The notes under the pieces were generated by a model, which saw nothing but the letters and a program-made list of their open reading frames with translations, ran no database searches and had not been told where the DNA came from. Positions 51,379 to 64,000 of a DNA stretch of 64,000 nt are shown piece after piece. The DNA comes from Camelus ferus (taxonomy: Eukaryota), in contig NC_045698.1 of NCBI RefSeq assembly GCF_009834535.1, forward strand, positions 11,100,001 through 11,164,000. Reading direction: 5' to 3'. The number at the start of each line of letters is the position of its first letter. Position 1 is the first letter of the stretch. A program made the translations under genes and the position numbers.

Positions 51379-52589
51379 TACGTATTCATTCATTCAACCG
51401 ATACATGTTGACTCTTATTTCCCACTCTGCGCCAGGAACTCTTCCAGATTCTTGAGATACATCAGTCCTGTCCTTGCCAGTCATATCTTCATCTGTGTGT
51501 GTGTGTGCATGCGTGTTGGGAGGGAGGGGAGGGGGGAACAGTTAACATGTGTGCATACACACAGACTTCAGGAGAGGGTGTGGCGTGTTTGAAGGGGCTA
51601 AGGTCTCTGCCTAAAGGAAATTGTCAGATTAAGACTGATGGGAGTTGGGAGGAGGAAGGGTGTTGCAATTTTAATTAGAGTCATTTTCTGGGCCTTACTG
51701 GAAAGTTGGCATTTAGATTGAGATTTAAAGAGAGTGAGGGACTAACCCCTGAGGATTCAGGTAGCAGGTTGACTGTCACTTTCAACCACTGTTTGTGCCA
51801 AAGTGGATACTTTTTGTGCTGGAGGGCAGGCAGCATCATTTTATGCAAGTGTAACATCGTCAGCCTTCTGGAAAAGGGTCAGTCTGGCAGTATTCTTTGC
51901 CTAGAGTCTTTGCAAACATATTTTATCCAGTTATATTGTATGAGCTATTTTGTGACTGCTTTTGTAGGGAGGGGAGAGAGAGCCTAGGCCATATTCTTCA
52001 AGCTGCAACCAGTAGGTGTTGCCTAACTTACTGGGCAAGTGAATATTTGCCTGAAGATCCCTCCAGATGTCTCAGTAACTCTTAGACAGAAGTAGGTCTT
52101 TGTTTATTGTCTCCAGGAAATAATTTCATTCTGATGAAAAATCAGAAGATAAATGATACTGATTCCACTGTTTGGCTCCAATCAAAGTGTTAGTGAAGCT
52201 AAATACCATTTTTGGTCTGACAGTGAGGTCAGGTCCAAGATTTGGAGAATCTTTTTGCCTGTTTAAAACAAGAGAAAAAAAGAGAGGTAACTTTTCTTTC
52301 TCCCTGGGAATCAACTGACTATGCCCTTTGAAGGAGAATGAATTCTGAGTTGATTATGAGTAGCTGTTAATTACTTTTGCCCTTAGCCCTTATCTGCAAG
52401 TGTCTCTGGAAGCTACTCACATCCCTTGGCTTGGCTCTTTGGTGGAAACTTCTAGGTATCATGCATGCATCTTAAGATGGCATTAGCAATGTATTAAAAT
52501 AGATGACAGTGAATAAATCTAGAGTGAATAAATTCTTTGAATAATGAAACAGCATAAATGAAGTTTAGAAACTTAGTATCTTAAAAAAT

Positions 52590-52855
52590 AATATTTGAAG
52601 AGCTGTCATGATGAAGGTTAAATTTCAGCATGCTGAGCAAAGGCAGATGTATGTAAGTTACTAGACAATAGGTAGATTTGGCTTAGTCTGAGGAAAGACC
52701 TGCCCACATTTGAGACAGGCTACCTTGTGAGAGAGTGAGTCCTCCCACAGGGGAAAGGCGACCTACAGTAAAGGATGTTGTGCTAGAGATTTCTGCATTG
52801 ACTGATGGATCTACTGTAGGACCCTACCTGAAGTTCCCTAGAAAACATTCTGTCA
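52590..52855 (+). mobile_element. CR1/L3 LINE 3' remnant
   Basis: 'tttgaagagctgtcatg', 'gtagatttggcttagtctgaggaaagac', 'ggctaccttgtgagagagtgagtcctccc'. Confidence 0.55.
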
Positions 52856-54798
52856 TGTGCGATTATGTTTGATAAAGGGTTATTGTTTGGTTCGAACTCA
52901 TATTGCTACTTCTCCCCGCCCCTTAATATATTTATTTCCTTGTAATTGTTAAAAAGTAACCCCCTCACTGTCTTTATGTTAATGCTCATTCTCTGTTACA
53001 TGTATGTGCTTTTATCTGTGTAGATATGTTTAGACATTAACTGGGAAATCTACTGATTTTATTTATTTCCCTGCCTTCGGTGGGACATAACCTCCTGCAC
53101 CAAAAGTTGGGATTTCATAAATGATGTGTCCCACTTTCAGTGCAGTAATGGCTGTGGACTCTACCTATAGTGTTAGTTACTTTTACTGTTACCCTGAAAC
53201 ACGTAGATCTACTAAAGTTGAAGCAAGACGCCGAATTGCGCTTGTGTTGAATGCCTTGAATAAATGCTTTAACTTTATTTATAAGACTTTTCCTTGGCAT
53301 CATTGGTTAGTGATGTCTTGTCAGAAGCGACAAATTGACTAGAACCGCACAAAGATGGCATCTTTCTCAAGGAGCTCTGACAACCTTGTGCTCAGCATCA
53401 CATCTGCTGTGCGTGAGCCAGACTGGAAGTTTGGTGACGTGGTGACAAAAGTCCGTATCAGCTGAACTTTGCCAGCACATAGCATTTTGGGGGGTTCTGG
53501 TTACAGAAATTTAGACCTCTTTTCCCAGCTACTCACTGTATTAAATCTTTAGATAGAGACTTGCTGTAAGGAAGTTCAGCGTCTAACTGAGACTCTAGGC
53601 AGGGAGGCCAGTGATTGCAGAACAAGCTGATTCACCGAGGGACCCGAATTCTCCAAGGTGCTAAATGGGAGCGGAAGTGATAAGTGGGACGTGGGCACAA
53701 GGCTGGAGCTGCTCTCTAAATAGTGAAAATATCTGCAATTCCCCAAATACCTAAAGGATGCACATGGTTTCTAAAACAGCAACAATGATAACCACAGAAC
53801 AGATACACTGAAGGAGGAGTGGGTTACACTCTTGGGAGAAACTAAATATTTTGTTAAGAGATTCTCCCTAATTGTTCCCGAAAACCTCCATGTTCCATTC
53901 CTCACATGGTTTATTCCATGGAAAGTGATTCCTGTGGGATTTGTGAGTGGGGACCTTGGAATGCTTCAGAGAAGGGGCAGAAGCACCTGACCATCCTGGG
54001 TCCTCCCCACGCCTGCAATGAAGGAGACCCTGCAGGCTGATGCTTTTAAAATGTGCTAGTTCATACCCTAAAGACATACAGCTTCTGACGTGAATAATCA
54101 TTAACCCTCTGTGAATTGCCTTGAGTCATGAGATATAAACACAAGGTCACCATTCTTCCTGGTCCCTGGGTGAAGAAGTGTAGACGGTGTCTGGAGCCGT
54201 AAATCTTTTAGGCTGTGCATTCGATGTGTGTATTCTCTCAATTACTATTTAACTTCCAAACCAGGAACAAAATGAAAAACAGTTGTTAACACTGCCCGAA
54301 CTCATAATTGTAACTTTAGAAGCTTTGAGCAATGTGCAGAAATGTTATTAAAACATTTTTTTGTTTGCTACCCTTTCTATGGTAAATTCCTTTGCTGCAT
54401 TTACCAAGCAGATGTAGCAGTGGAAAGAGAACCAAAATTTCTAGAGAAAAATTTCAGGAATTTTTCTTCTTCTGCTTGTGGATTGACCTTCTGGCTGCGA
54501 GTCACCCACTTTTTGGCAAGGTGGGGAAGTCAGGAAAAGGCTACTTGTATGTGCAATTGAACGTTTGACCCAACGGAGGACTCCAGTCAGATCGTAGGAG
54601 CGTCTGGGTTAAGTCCAAGTCCAAGTCCAAGACCAGGTCTTACACTTTCTAGCTGTCAGAGGTGGCTCAGACCCCAGGAGGAGGAGGGACAGGTAAGAGA
54701 CAGGGTAGAGAATGGAGGCGGAGGTGGGTGCATTTCAGTTGCAGCCAAAATGTTAAGTCCAAGGACAGGGAAGAAGAGGAGAAATTCAGAGAGAGAGA

Positions 54799-54834
54799 GA
54801 GAGCATGGAATCCTAACCACTAGACCACCAGGGA
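54799..54834 (-). pseudogene. Tailless retropseudogene of the tRNA-Glu(CTC) 5' half
   Basis: Minus strand reads TCCCTGGTGGTCTAGTGGTTAGGATTCCATGCTCTC, 33/36 identical to tRNA-Glu-CTC nt 1-36 as recalled, ending at the anticodon. Perfect 12-bp TSD AATTCAGAGAGA at 54783-54794 and 54844-54855. Confidence 0.85.
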
Positions 54835-55009
54835 GCGTCGAGCAATTCAGAGAGAATGGGAGTAGGGCACTGATTGCCTTCTACTGTAAGCACAGGTCAG
54901 TGTTCTTCTCAGCTCTCTTCTCTTTCAAATCTCTTAGCTCATGGGACAAAAACAATTACTAATAGAATAAGCTTGGCTATTGCCAAGTTTATTATGTTTT
55001 CGGTCATTT

Positions 55010-55190
55010 CAGTAATAGTAACTAACAATTAGTAGGTGCCACTTGCCCCTCTGAGCTTGTTGCACACACTCATTCCTGAAGTTCATGACAGCCAGGAGGC
55101 GGGCACAGATCATCCCACTTTACAGTTGCCAACACAGAGACTCAGGGGCAGGCTGGTGCCGCCTACGGCACACAGCTGGTGAGCAGCCCG
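55010..55190 (-). mobile_element. MIR SINE
   Basis: 'catcccactttacagttgccaacacagagactcagggg...cacacagctggtgag'. Confidence 0.6.
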
Positions 55191-55894
55191 GTCCCGCCTG
55201 CAGTCCCTGTGGCCGTGCTGGCGTCCCTGCCCCTCTCTGCTGTGCCCCTGACCCCCTCCTGCCTCGTCATTTCAGTTGTAGCCAAAATCTTTCCCGATCT
55301 TTGGATCGCTTTGTGTATTTCAAAGAATCGCAGTGATTGCAAAGTAGCCGTTAAAAAGGAAAGTGACAGTGTTATGGATTAGGTGAGCAAAAATGAAAGA
55401 CACTTTTGGGGGGAAACTTTCAGCTCATTTTACCTGGCTCTCCCAAGGACCAATTAACTGCTCATTAGGCAACAATCTGCTGACAAATTGGCAGGCTAAC
55501 CAGTGTCTGTAAGAACCGCAGCGTGTGAAATGATCAGCATATTCTGTAGCATCTCTAGAGCACGAAGTAGAGCTGAGGGGCTGTCCCCGCTTCAGGTGCC
55601 CCAGAGCATCATGAACTTTTAATTTCCTTGGTGCCAGGATAGCCTTTTACCTGGGATAGCCCACCTGCTCACAAACTGGAAGCTAACAGAGGACCGAAAG
55701 AGGTGCACACATGTTCCTTCCTCCCTAAATAGTTTATAAGTTATAGCTTATATTTCCCTCTGGTTTCAAAAGTATAGATTTGAAACAGCCACGAATATAG
55801 GGAATTATTGCAATATGTATTTGTATTTGCTCTCTTTGCCAGCCCCCCGGAAGACTTCTCCGTGAGTATGTCTGTGAAGTACTCTGGGAACTAT

Positions 55895-56060
55895 ACAGCC
55901 TTTCAAAAATTTATCTTATTTATCATCACAAGGACTGTGGGAGGGGTGTCCCCAGTTTATAGGTGAGGAAACTGAGGCCCTGGCAGCTTAAATGACTTGC
56001 CTTGATTTTACAGTCGAGAATAGATGGGGTCATTCTGACTAAATTTATTACACTTTCCAT
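55895..56060 (-). mobile_element. MIR SINE
   Basis: 'tttataggtgaggaaactgaggcc...ttaaatgacttgcc'. Confidence 0.75.
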
Positions 56061-59042
56061 TATAATATCATTTTCCTTAAAGTGCTCCAAGAAGAAAAAA
56101 GAACAGAATCAGGCTAGGGTATTATCACCAGGCCTCCTTGCCAGTATTTTAAATTGCTTGCACCCAAGGATGAAAGTGAGGTCTGCAAGCATCTTTCCTT
56201 TCATTGCTTTTGCAGCTTTAGTAGGAGAGAAGCCAGCTCCCTCTTGCTCATCTCAGACCGGGGAGCTGTGCGGTGGCCCAGGGGAGCAGCCTTGCAGGGG
56301 TAAGATCATGATACTGAGGATGCACCATGAATTATTAGATAAATGTTCAGGACAAGATGACATTACTAATTAGAATGTACTTGCTATAAAGCTCAACCGG
56401 GGCTGTGAGGGTGTTTCTCTCCGAAAATGTCTGCTCGGGATGCTTAGGGAAGGTTATTTTACTTCTGGGAAGATCAGAGAATCAACTCTAAAATTGGGGA
56501 CGCTCAGCACCACGAGAGTCCTGATTCCCGTCTGTCTTCTTGTATCTTTCGCTGTTGAAGAACCAACACTGTTCAGGTCTTTCGAGGTGTTTAGGTCTGG
56601 ACACGCCCTTTAGGATGAGTTGATCTGATGTAAAAGAAATCCACCCTGTCATGTAGTCTTCGGTTGCTTTACTTTCCCCTCATTATCCTCTGGTTTAATG
56701 TCTGGTAGTTTTTGTTTTTGTTTGTTTTTTTTTTTTCCTATTTCTTGTTCCTTTGTATTTTTTCATTGCTTATCCAACCACATTCTCACCCTGACATGAC
56801 TATAACCCTGCTCAGGTAGTAGGTCCTTAATACATTTTTGTTAAACAAATACATGAAGATGATTTTGTAGCCATGATCTTTATTGGATCTAAAAAGGCCT
56901 ATGAAAATCCTCTCATATTTTCAGTGAACTTTCCTTAGATGCCAATATTTTACTCTTAAAACAAAATTTCTCTGGGTGTGTTTTTTTCTGAGGATGTTCT
57001 AACTTGGGCTTTTGTTTTGAACAATGTAGGTCTACATCTTGTGGATGAAAATAGCTTTGCTTGTGTATTTAAGGAAAAATGAAATATGTATTTTTTAGCA
57101 TTGCTGAAAACAATTGCGTCAGACTTTTCAACTTCACTGATTTACAGTATTGTCAGCTTAACTGCTTTCAGTAAGTATTGAGTAGAATGCTTCGGGCTAT
57201 TTTTTATTCAAAATATACTTTTGGTAATATTTGATTCAATGATTTGGAAATTGGATTTATATGACAATTTAAGTAAATCAATCTAGAAAAAAATTTTAAA
57301 AATTGATATTTAAATTAAACAGTCATTCCTTTGGGGATCTCTGGGTTAAGGGGTTATAGGGTTATGAATGCTTTTAAATTTATAGATTCATCTACTTTAT
57401 GCTGGGGGCTTTGCATTTCTATTTTTCTCCTTTTTATTATACAAATGATAAAAGTTATTAGATGTGTCTGGTATGATTAGAATGGTTTCTAGTTCGTCTT
57501 CTGCTTCTGACTTCCCTTCTTACTATAATCAGAAGTGAAGTAATCCATTTCAGAAAAGAAGAAAAACACTGAGCTGTAATGTATGTGTGTATGTGTACAT
57601 GTACATGAGGCTATATTTAAATAACCCTTTTCTATAAATTCAGCAAAATCCATTATTCTGAACATATATTTTTTCCCTGTAAATGGAGAGAAATATATAA
57701 CCTATAAGGAATGTAAGAAATACAATTAAAATTCAAGCGCCATTTGTTTCTTTAATAATATGGTATCTGTTAGAGGCACAGCGTTAGGCAGAGGGTCACC
57801 AGAAGAATCAAACTAAAGAAGAAGTGAACAGTCCCATATGTGAGCTTCCTGAGATGGAACTTGCGATAGAGGTGACTGCACTTTCTGAGCAAAGGCCTTG
57901 AAATGGTTCTGTGGCGTGATATCCACCTCTAACTGTAGGTATTTGTTTACCTGAATGGGTGTTCCGCTCAGGTGAGTGGGTATGATATCTCATTGGTGGG
58001 AATTTTACGCTGCGTGACACTGAGCCTGGTTGACATTTGTGTTGAGGAGCCAGAGAGTAAATTCGGATTCATAGGCAGCATTCACATACTCCTTTTCAGT
58101 CTTTTAGTTTTTGATTTTGTAGCTCAACAGCTGCTCTGTTGGTTGGAAAGATTTATGTAGCCCCATTTCGACAATGTATACTGTGCAGACTGCCATGAAA
58201 ATACATTTCAGGACATGGCATTTCTGTCCGGAACAGCTTACTTTTCACATTTTATTTTGCATCCACTTTGCTTATTTAATTATATTTTAATAATTTTCTC
58301 TCTTTTCCATCTCTCCCAAAGACCTCTCCTGTTGATTATCCCTGCAAGCTTGTTTTGAGAGACAGTATTTCCTTGGGGAGTCCTTCTCCATTCCTGAAGC
58401 CATAACAACATGAACTGAGCAATCAAAAGCCAATTCCCTCCCCTAGGTTGTGCTTCAAATAGTCATTTCTTTGATACAGGCTAATAAAAACAGGAAAGGG
58501 ATCATTTTTAAATGCTTTGGTTGGGGTTGCTTTACTTCCAATAAGGAAAATTGCCTCACAAGGGGGAGCATGGGTAATAAAGATACAACTAACTGAGTAA
58601 TTGTATTGGGTCTAATGTCAAAATCTCCAAGCGGCTGCCTGCAAATCTAATTTAATCTCGCGATTGCTGTGTGTCCACCGTAGTGCGTAGATTTGAATTT
58701 GCTGCTACTGATCATCTCTTCACAGTTCATGAAGATGAATTTCAAATGCTACTGGAGATTTTTGATCTGGCTGGGGTTTTTCCTTAGCAGTATTCATAAG
58801 CTTTGGGGTAGGTAGCAAAAGGGCATTGAGGGTTGACCGAGAATGAAATATACAATAGAACCTGGGCTATTTTCCTGGTGAAAATGGCCATAGATCACCT
58901 GACAGTGAAAGAGGTTGAGGCACAAAGAAATGAAACAATTTGGCAAAGATCATGCAGAGTCCAGCCATTTCTTTTTAATCCATTTCTTACTTACCATGCT
59001 TTACACCCGTTTCTTCCTTACTTTCAGAAGATCTGAAAGGAA

Positions 59043-59425
59043 TGTAGTGACTTTTCCTTCTCTGTCCAGTTATGCCCTCCAGGACTGACCTTCTCATACC
59101 CCCAGCTGCACAGGGTTTTGGCCGCTGATGGCTCACAGCTCATTGCTTCTCTGGAAATGATTCTCACCCAAGGCAAGGGAGCAGCCCCCATCCGATGACT
59201 TTTTGAGGTGGGGGTATAACTGGGGACGTCTCTGAAGGGCCACCTTGGGTCCAGAGCTCCCCGTGGAATTGGCTGCGTCCTCTACGGCAGCTGCATCGCA
59301 GACTGAATTCTATCTCTGTCCAATTTGCCTGTTCTTTCACCTTTTCTTAGTGTGATCCTGAGGGTACTTTCCGATACCTGCATTTCAAATCGTATCAGAG
59401 ACTGTTTACAGGGGAGCCAAGAGAG
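59043..59425 (+). mobile_element. ERVL LTR16A-like solo LTR
   Basis: 'ccgctgatggctcacagct', 'tctgaagggccaccttgggtccagagctccccgtggaattggctg', 'gtgtgatcctgagggtact'. Confidence 0.75.
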
Positions 59426-62400
59426 AAGTGGGACTAGGATGCTATTCTGGCAGGGGTCAAGGGCAGGATACCACTGCTGGGAAAATCATCTTCTTTCTGG
59501 GAATCTTGGCTGTTCTTAAAAGGGAGCCTTTAGCTGACAGTTAAATGGGCCTTTTGCTTGAGGACCTAGTCTAATCTTTTCATTGTATCAATTAGGAAAT
59601 CAAGCCCCATGCACAAAAGTGACTTGACTGATACTACATAGCTAGTTGGCAAAGAGCAAAAGCAGGCTTATAATTCCAGGTGCCGTTTTTGAAGAGCCGT
59701 ATTGGAGTTTGTTCTGAGTTGTTCCGCTGCTATAACTCGGAACTGACTGCAGATGGGTCTAGAGACCATTTATCTGTCTGATCCCGTTTGCTCAGCTCTG
59801 GCATTGAAGTCAGACAGCTCAACAGTTTCTACGTGGTTCTATTTTGCTGATTGTCTACTATTCTTTGAAGGGTGATCTCTGAAGCTCACCAGAGTTGGTC
59901 GTTGAATAGTGAAGAAGAAACAGGGAAGTAGAAACAGATGCTTATAGTTGTTATTGCCTGAAATCAGCATTTTGCATTACTGGCTATTAAGAGAATTGGG
60001 AAATTGGCAAGGGTTATTACATGATAGACCAGTGCTGAGTGCAGATTCATTAGACAGATGAAACATGCAGGAGTGGGTTGAAAAAATCATAAGCAAAATG
60101 AAAAATGACTATAAATTAATATTTAGTCTCATGATCATCCTAGTTTATTAGTCATTTTATTATGCTCAAATAATGTTCCATTGAGATTATCAAATGGTTA
60201 TAAGCTCAGATTCACTACAATCCTGAGAAATTTGTAAGTAATTGAAAAACAAATTATTAGTTTATTATCACTAGTACAAGGATCCAGCTTTTGTATAATT
60301 TTCTTGGCATAATTCACCAACTACTCTTTTAGAAAATATTCTTTGACTCCCATTGTCCGTAAATTAAGTAGAAATTTATTTTATTTGGTGCTCAAGGCTT
60401 TATGTCTGTTTAGACAGATTTCCCCTCTGGCATTCTCTCAGGATTCGCTTCTGTATGTATTCCAGCCTCTGGCCAAACTAGGAACCTCAGTGCTCTCCGA
60501 ATATATTTTTTATTTTCCTAGATTTGTGTCTTTTGTCATGCTGGGTTTTTTTGTTTGTTTGTTTGTTTTAAATCTTGTACTGTTTTTTCCATTGATTACC
60601 CATTGAGACCTGCACAGTTCAGGCCCAATTCAATGTTAATTTTTTAAGATAAAATTTTCTTTGATTTCTTTTAGATATATCTTTGTTTATAATGCCTAAC
60701 CCCCCTTATTTTGAGGAAGTATGTCCAGTGCTTTCAACTGAATTTGGTCTTTCCTCCCTCTGATCCACTGGCAGTTTATTGGTATGGAATTTTTATGTCC
60801 TACTTTGCATTTTGCTTCCGGCATCTCTCTAATCCAGTAAGTTTTTGTAGGTATCTGTGTATCAGAATCTGAGCTAGATATTGGGGAGGTTAAAATTAGA
60901 AGAAATTATTCTTGATTTAGGGGCCTTCAGTCCAGTGAATGGAATAGAATAAAGTACTAAAAGAGCCACAGATGGCAAAACTGAAGCATGTGATGGGAGA
61001 CAGACCAGCGATGGTGAACTTTAGCTAGGGATGTTCACAAGGACTTCTTAACCGAGGTGGCCTTGAACTGGGTCTGGAGAAATGAGTAAGGACTTGCCAG
61101 GCATGGCTGTTCAGGAGGGAATGAGAGAAGGTGAGACAGGAGGCAGGGACCAGTGGGTCAGCTGCAAGGGAAGGAGAGGATGCTCACACCTGGAGAGGGA
61201 GGCAGGGTGCATGGCTGTGAAAGCGGCGTGAAGCCCAGTGGATGGCAGGAGGGCACGCCAGTGGCAAATGCTTTTTACCAAAGGCAGTCACCTGTGGACA
61301 GATTTAGAGAGACTGCTGGACAGGTGTGTGGATCACTCTACTTGTGAAGGGAGAGTCATTAATACAACTCCTGGCCTCTAGTATGTGCCTGGTTGGTAAA
61401 TTCGGAAGGAATAACGTCGAGATCTGAACTCCATTCTGTTTCCCCTTAGAAGGGAGCTGCCCTCTGGAGAAGCCTTTCTGCCCGTAAGTGGACCGGCTTT
61501 GGTCTCATGCTTGCCACTTGGCTATAGACCTAAAGCTACAGGTTCTGAACTAGAGTTCCCAGAAATAAAGGAGCCCTTTTTCTCTCTGTCTACCACTCTA
61601 TTATTATTTCCTCAGTCTGTTTTGAATCTGATGGGGACAGAGGGAAGCTATTCCTTGAATGTGTGAAAGTAGGAAGAGTGGCCAAGGGAGGGCAGGTGAA
61701 AACTTGAATTATGGTGGGAGCGTAATGATTGAAGAAGAGGGTATGGGTTTCAGCAATGGAAAGAAGGTGGATGGGCTTGGTGACGGATTGACCAAAGGGG
61801 GTGAGTGAGATGGAAGATTCTAGAAAGACTCTGTCTTCTGGTCTGGGTGATTGGGTGCCACATTAGCTCACAGATCTTAATGTTCTGATTGACCTGAGTT
61901 TCCCTGAGTTGGTTCTTGAGGCCAGGACAGTTAACTCTGTCTTTCATTTCTCCTTTTGTCATCACCACCCAGGATCTGAAAGAATTTTCAAGGACTGACA
62001 TTTGAGCATTGGCTCATCTAAATCGTTCAATTCCTTTATTAATCTGTTTAGCCAGCAGATACTTATTAATCTCCTTCTATCTGTCAGCACCCGGCTTGGC
62101 CTGCCCATGAGATAGAGTGGTGAACAAAACATTCACTTGTCCTCTGGGATCCAGGGTCTGGCGAGAAAGCTGGGAGAGTATACATACAGTAGGGGGTTAC
62201 TGGTTAAGCAGCTTTGGAACCAAACAGCCTGAGTTAGAATCTGGGTTCTACTACTTGCAAGACGGGTGACCTCATTAGAACTTCATTTTTAAGGGAGCTA
62301 AGTTGGTGTCTACCTCACGTGCTATTTCACACTATTTTGAAATTCTCCTGATTTGGCCCAGTAAACTGGTGGATTGGCTTTGAGGAAATTCTGCCAGAAG

Positions 62401-63484
62401 CTTCAAAAATTGGAAAAAAAAATTGCTTTTGGAATTCATTTTTTAAAACAGGAAATTCCTGTCCATAGCTAGAAGAAGTTGTCACACGAGCAGCATTAAG
62501 TTCTGCTCTGTTTATCCCTCTTTTGGACAATCCCTTTAGATCTGTATTTGATGGAGGGAAATTAGAATGTGGTTTATATTTTTGTCAAGTTTCCATTTTT
62601 GAGTTCTAATTGCACGAAGGATTGGAAAAAGGGTTGAGCTGTTGTTTGTTTGTTTGTTTGTTTGTTTTTTTAAATAATGGCAAATCTGGACTTTCCTCTG
62701 AAGTAGAGAAATCTGGTGTTTGTGTGATTTGAAGACAGACCTGGTATTAATAGGGAGTAACATTCTGATTTGTAGTTTTCTGGGCCATTTCCTAGAGTAA
62801 CTGACTTTTTAATGGTTCTAAAATTGGTGGGGCAAATCCCATCTTTTGAAGAATTCTCACTTCAATGTAAAATACCATTCATACACACAAATCGTGTGTG
62901 TGTGTGTGTGTGTGGTGTGAATGTATACATGTACTTTATTGTTACTATTTTAAAAGTCATAAGATCAAGTTCTATGCTGTGTGTCAGGTTCTGGCATGTT
63001 TATTTGCTAGGATTTAGTTTGTCTGCCAATGTCCAGTACGACAGAGATTGACAAATGTAGCTGAATTAGACAGAGGGTGGTACAAAAGTAGTGATCAGGT
63101 TTCCTGAAGGGTAATATTTGCTTTATTTAAAATGTCTGATATTTAACCAAGAACAAAAATACCTCAGTTTTGTCCCATAAGCTTTTTTTTCTTTTCTTTT
63201 CTTTTTTTTCTGTAAATGAAGAGAAAAGCAGTATCCTTTTTAAAGAAACTGGAGAAATATAATTTAAATTAGAGATCGTTTTGTTTCTTTAATGATATGG
63301 TATCTGCCCTACAGGGGGATGTGATGTGCTCTTTCTCATGTCAGAGAACCCCACGTGTTAAAGCCAGATCAGACTCTAGAGATGGCTTAGTCCAGTGTAC
63401 TCCTTTGAGGTTTAAAAGCAGCTCAGGTATGGAAAAAGGTGTCACTTGAAAAAGACTTGTGCAAAGTTGCCTGTGAGGTACAAA

Positions 63485-63715
63485 GGGAGCGTGATGACTA
63501 AGAGCACAGACCTGGATGCCAGACTTCCTAAGTTTCACACTGGCTCTGCCAGTTACTAGTCATGGGATGTTGTGCAAGCTTCTTAATGTCACTGTGCCTC
63601 AATTTCTGCATCTGGCAAATGGAGTCAATAGCCGTTCTTCCCTCCACGTTGTCAGGGAGTGGATTAAGTTAGTAGAGAGAAAGTTATAGTGCCTAGCACA
63701 TACATAATGACCAAT
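63485..63715 (+). mobile_element. MIR SINE
   Basis: 'tggctctgccagttactag...ctgtgcctcaatttctgcatctggcaaatgg'. Confidence 0.75.
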
Positions 63716-63720
63716 GCTAC

Positions 63721-63891
63721 TTTTTGTTTTTGGGTTTTTGGTTTGACTGTTTTTTTGCTTGTTTGGTTTTTTTGGGGGGGCAGTAATTAGGTTTATTTAT
63801 TTTTAAGGAGGTGCTGGGGATTGAATCCAGGACCTCATGTATGCTAGGCATTCATTCACTCTACCACTGAGGTGGGTATACCCACCTCCCC
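63721..63891 (-). mobile_element. Camelid tRNA-derived SINE (Vic-1-like)
   Basis: 'gtaattaggtttatttat...ggggattgaatccaggacctcatgtatgctaggc...ctctaccactgag'. Flanking direct repeat aatgctac(t/a)tttt. Confidence 0.85.
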
Positions 63892-64000
63892 AAATGCTAC
63901 ATTTTGATTTACTATAACCTGCATTTCATCAAGTCTGAGATGCATTGGGGCTGCTGCCTTCTTGAACTTGGGATATATGACTAGAAGTTTTCACAAAATT

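Larger units (their letters stand above)
47362..64000 (+). other. FBXL7: FBXL7 intron 1 (partial, continues beyond the window)
   Basis: Begins GTGAGT. I did not find sequence encoding the expected exon-2 peptide (KGSSSISSD...) downstream. Confidence 0.8.

Overview
Mammalian genomic DNA, probably from a camelid (camel, alpaca or llama). This rests on three copies of a Vic-1-like tRNA-derived SINE and on no Alu, BovB/Bov-tA or PRE1 being seen. The only protein-coding sequence I can support is the first coding exon of FBXL7 (+ strand, 47325-47361, MGANNGKQYGSE-G, donor GTGAGT). It lies in a CpG-island promoter at about 46.5-47.6 kb, and intron 1 runs off the right end. The rest is intergenic or intronic and rich in old repeats (L1, L2, MIR, CR1/L3, MaLR/ERVL LTRs, Tigger/MER2/MER5). 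Almost all ORFs in the supplied track are chance or repeat-derived. Most interesting observations: (1) an orphan CpG island about 30 kb upstream of FBXL7 (16.8-17.5 kb), built from tandemly duplicated Sp1+CCAAT and ETS modules and followed by a strong splice donor; (2) an old L1 ORF2 fragment next to that island, shifted to high GC/CpG in a gradient; (3) a young L1 with an intact 5' end and ORF1 remnant but no ORF2 or 3' end, fused to that old L1; (4) a TSD-flanked, tailless retrocopy of the 5' half of tRNA-Glu(CTC) with a 9-nt 5' extension in FBXL7 intron 1; (5) clustered uORFs and a G4 motif in the FBXL7 leader. Repeat family names and boundaries come from recalled consensus sequences read by eye and are approximate. 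I see no evidence for a new protein-coding system.
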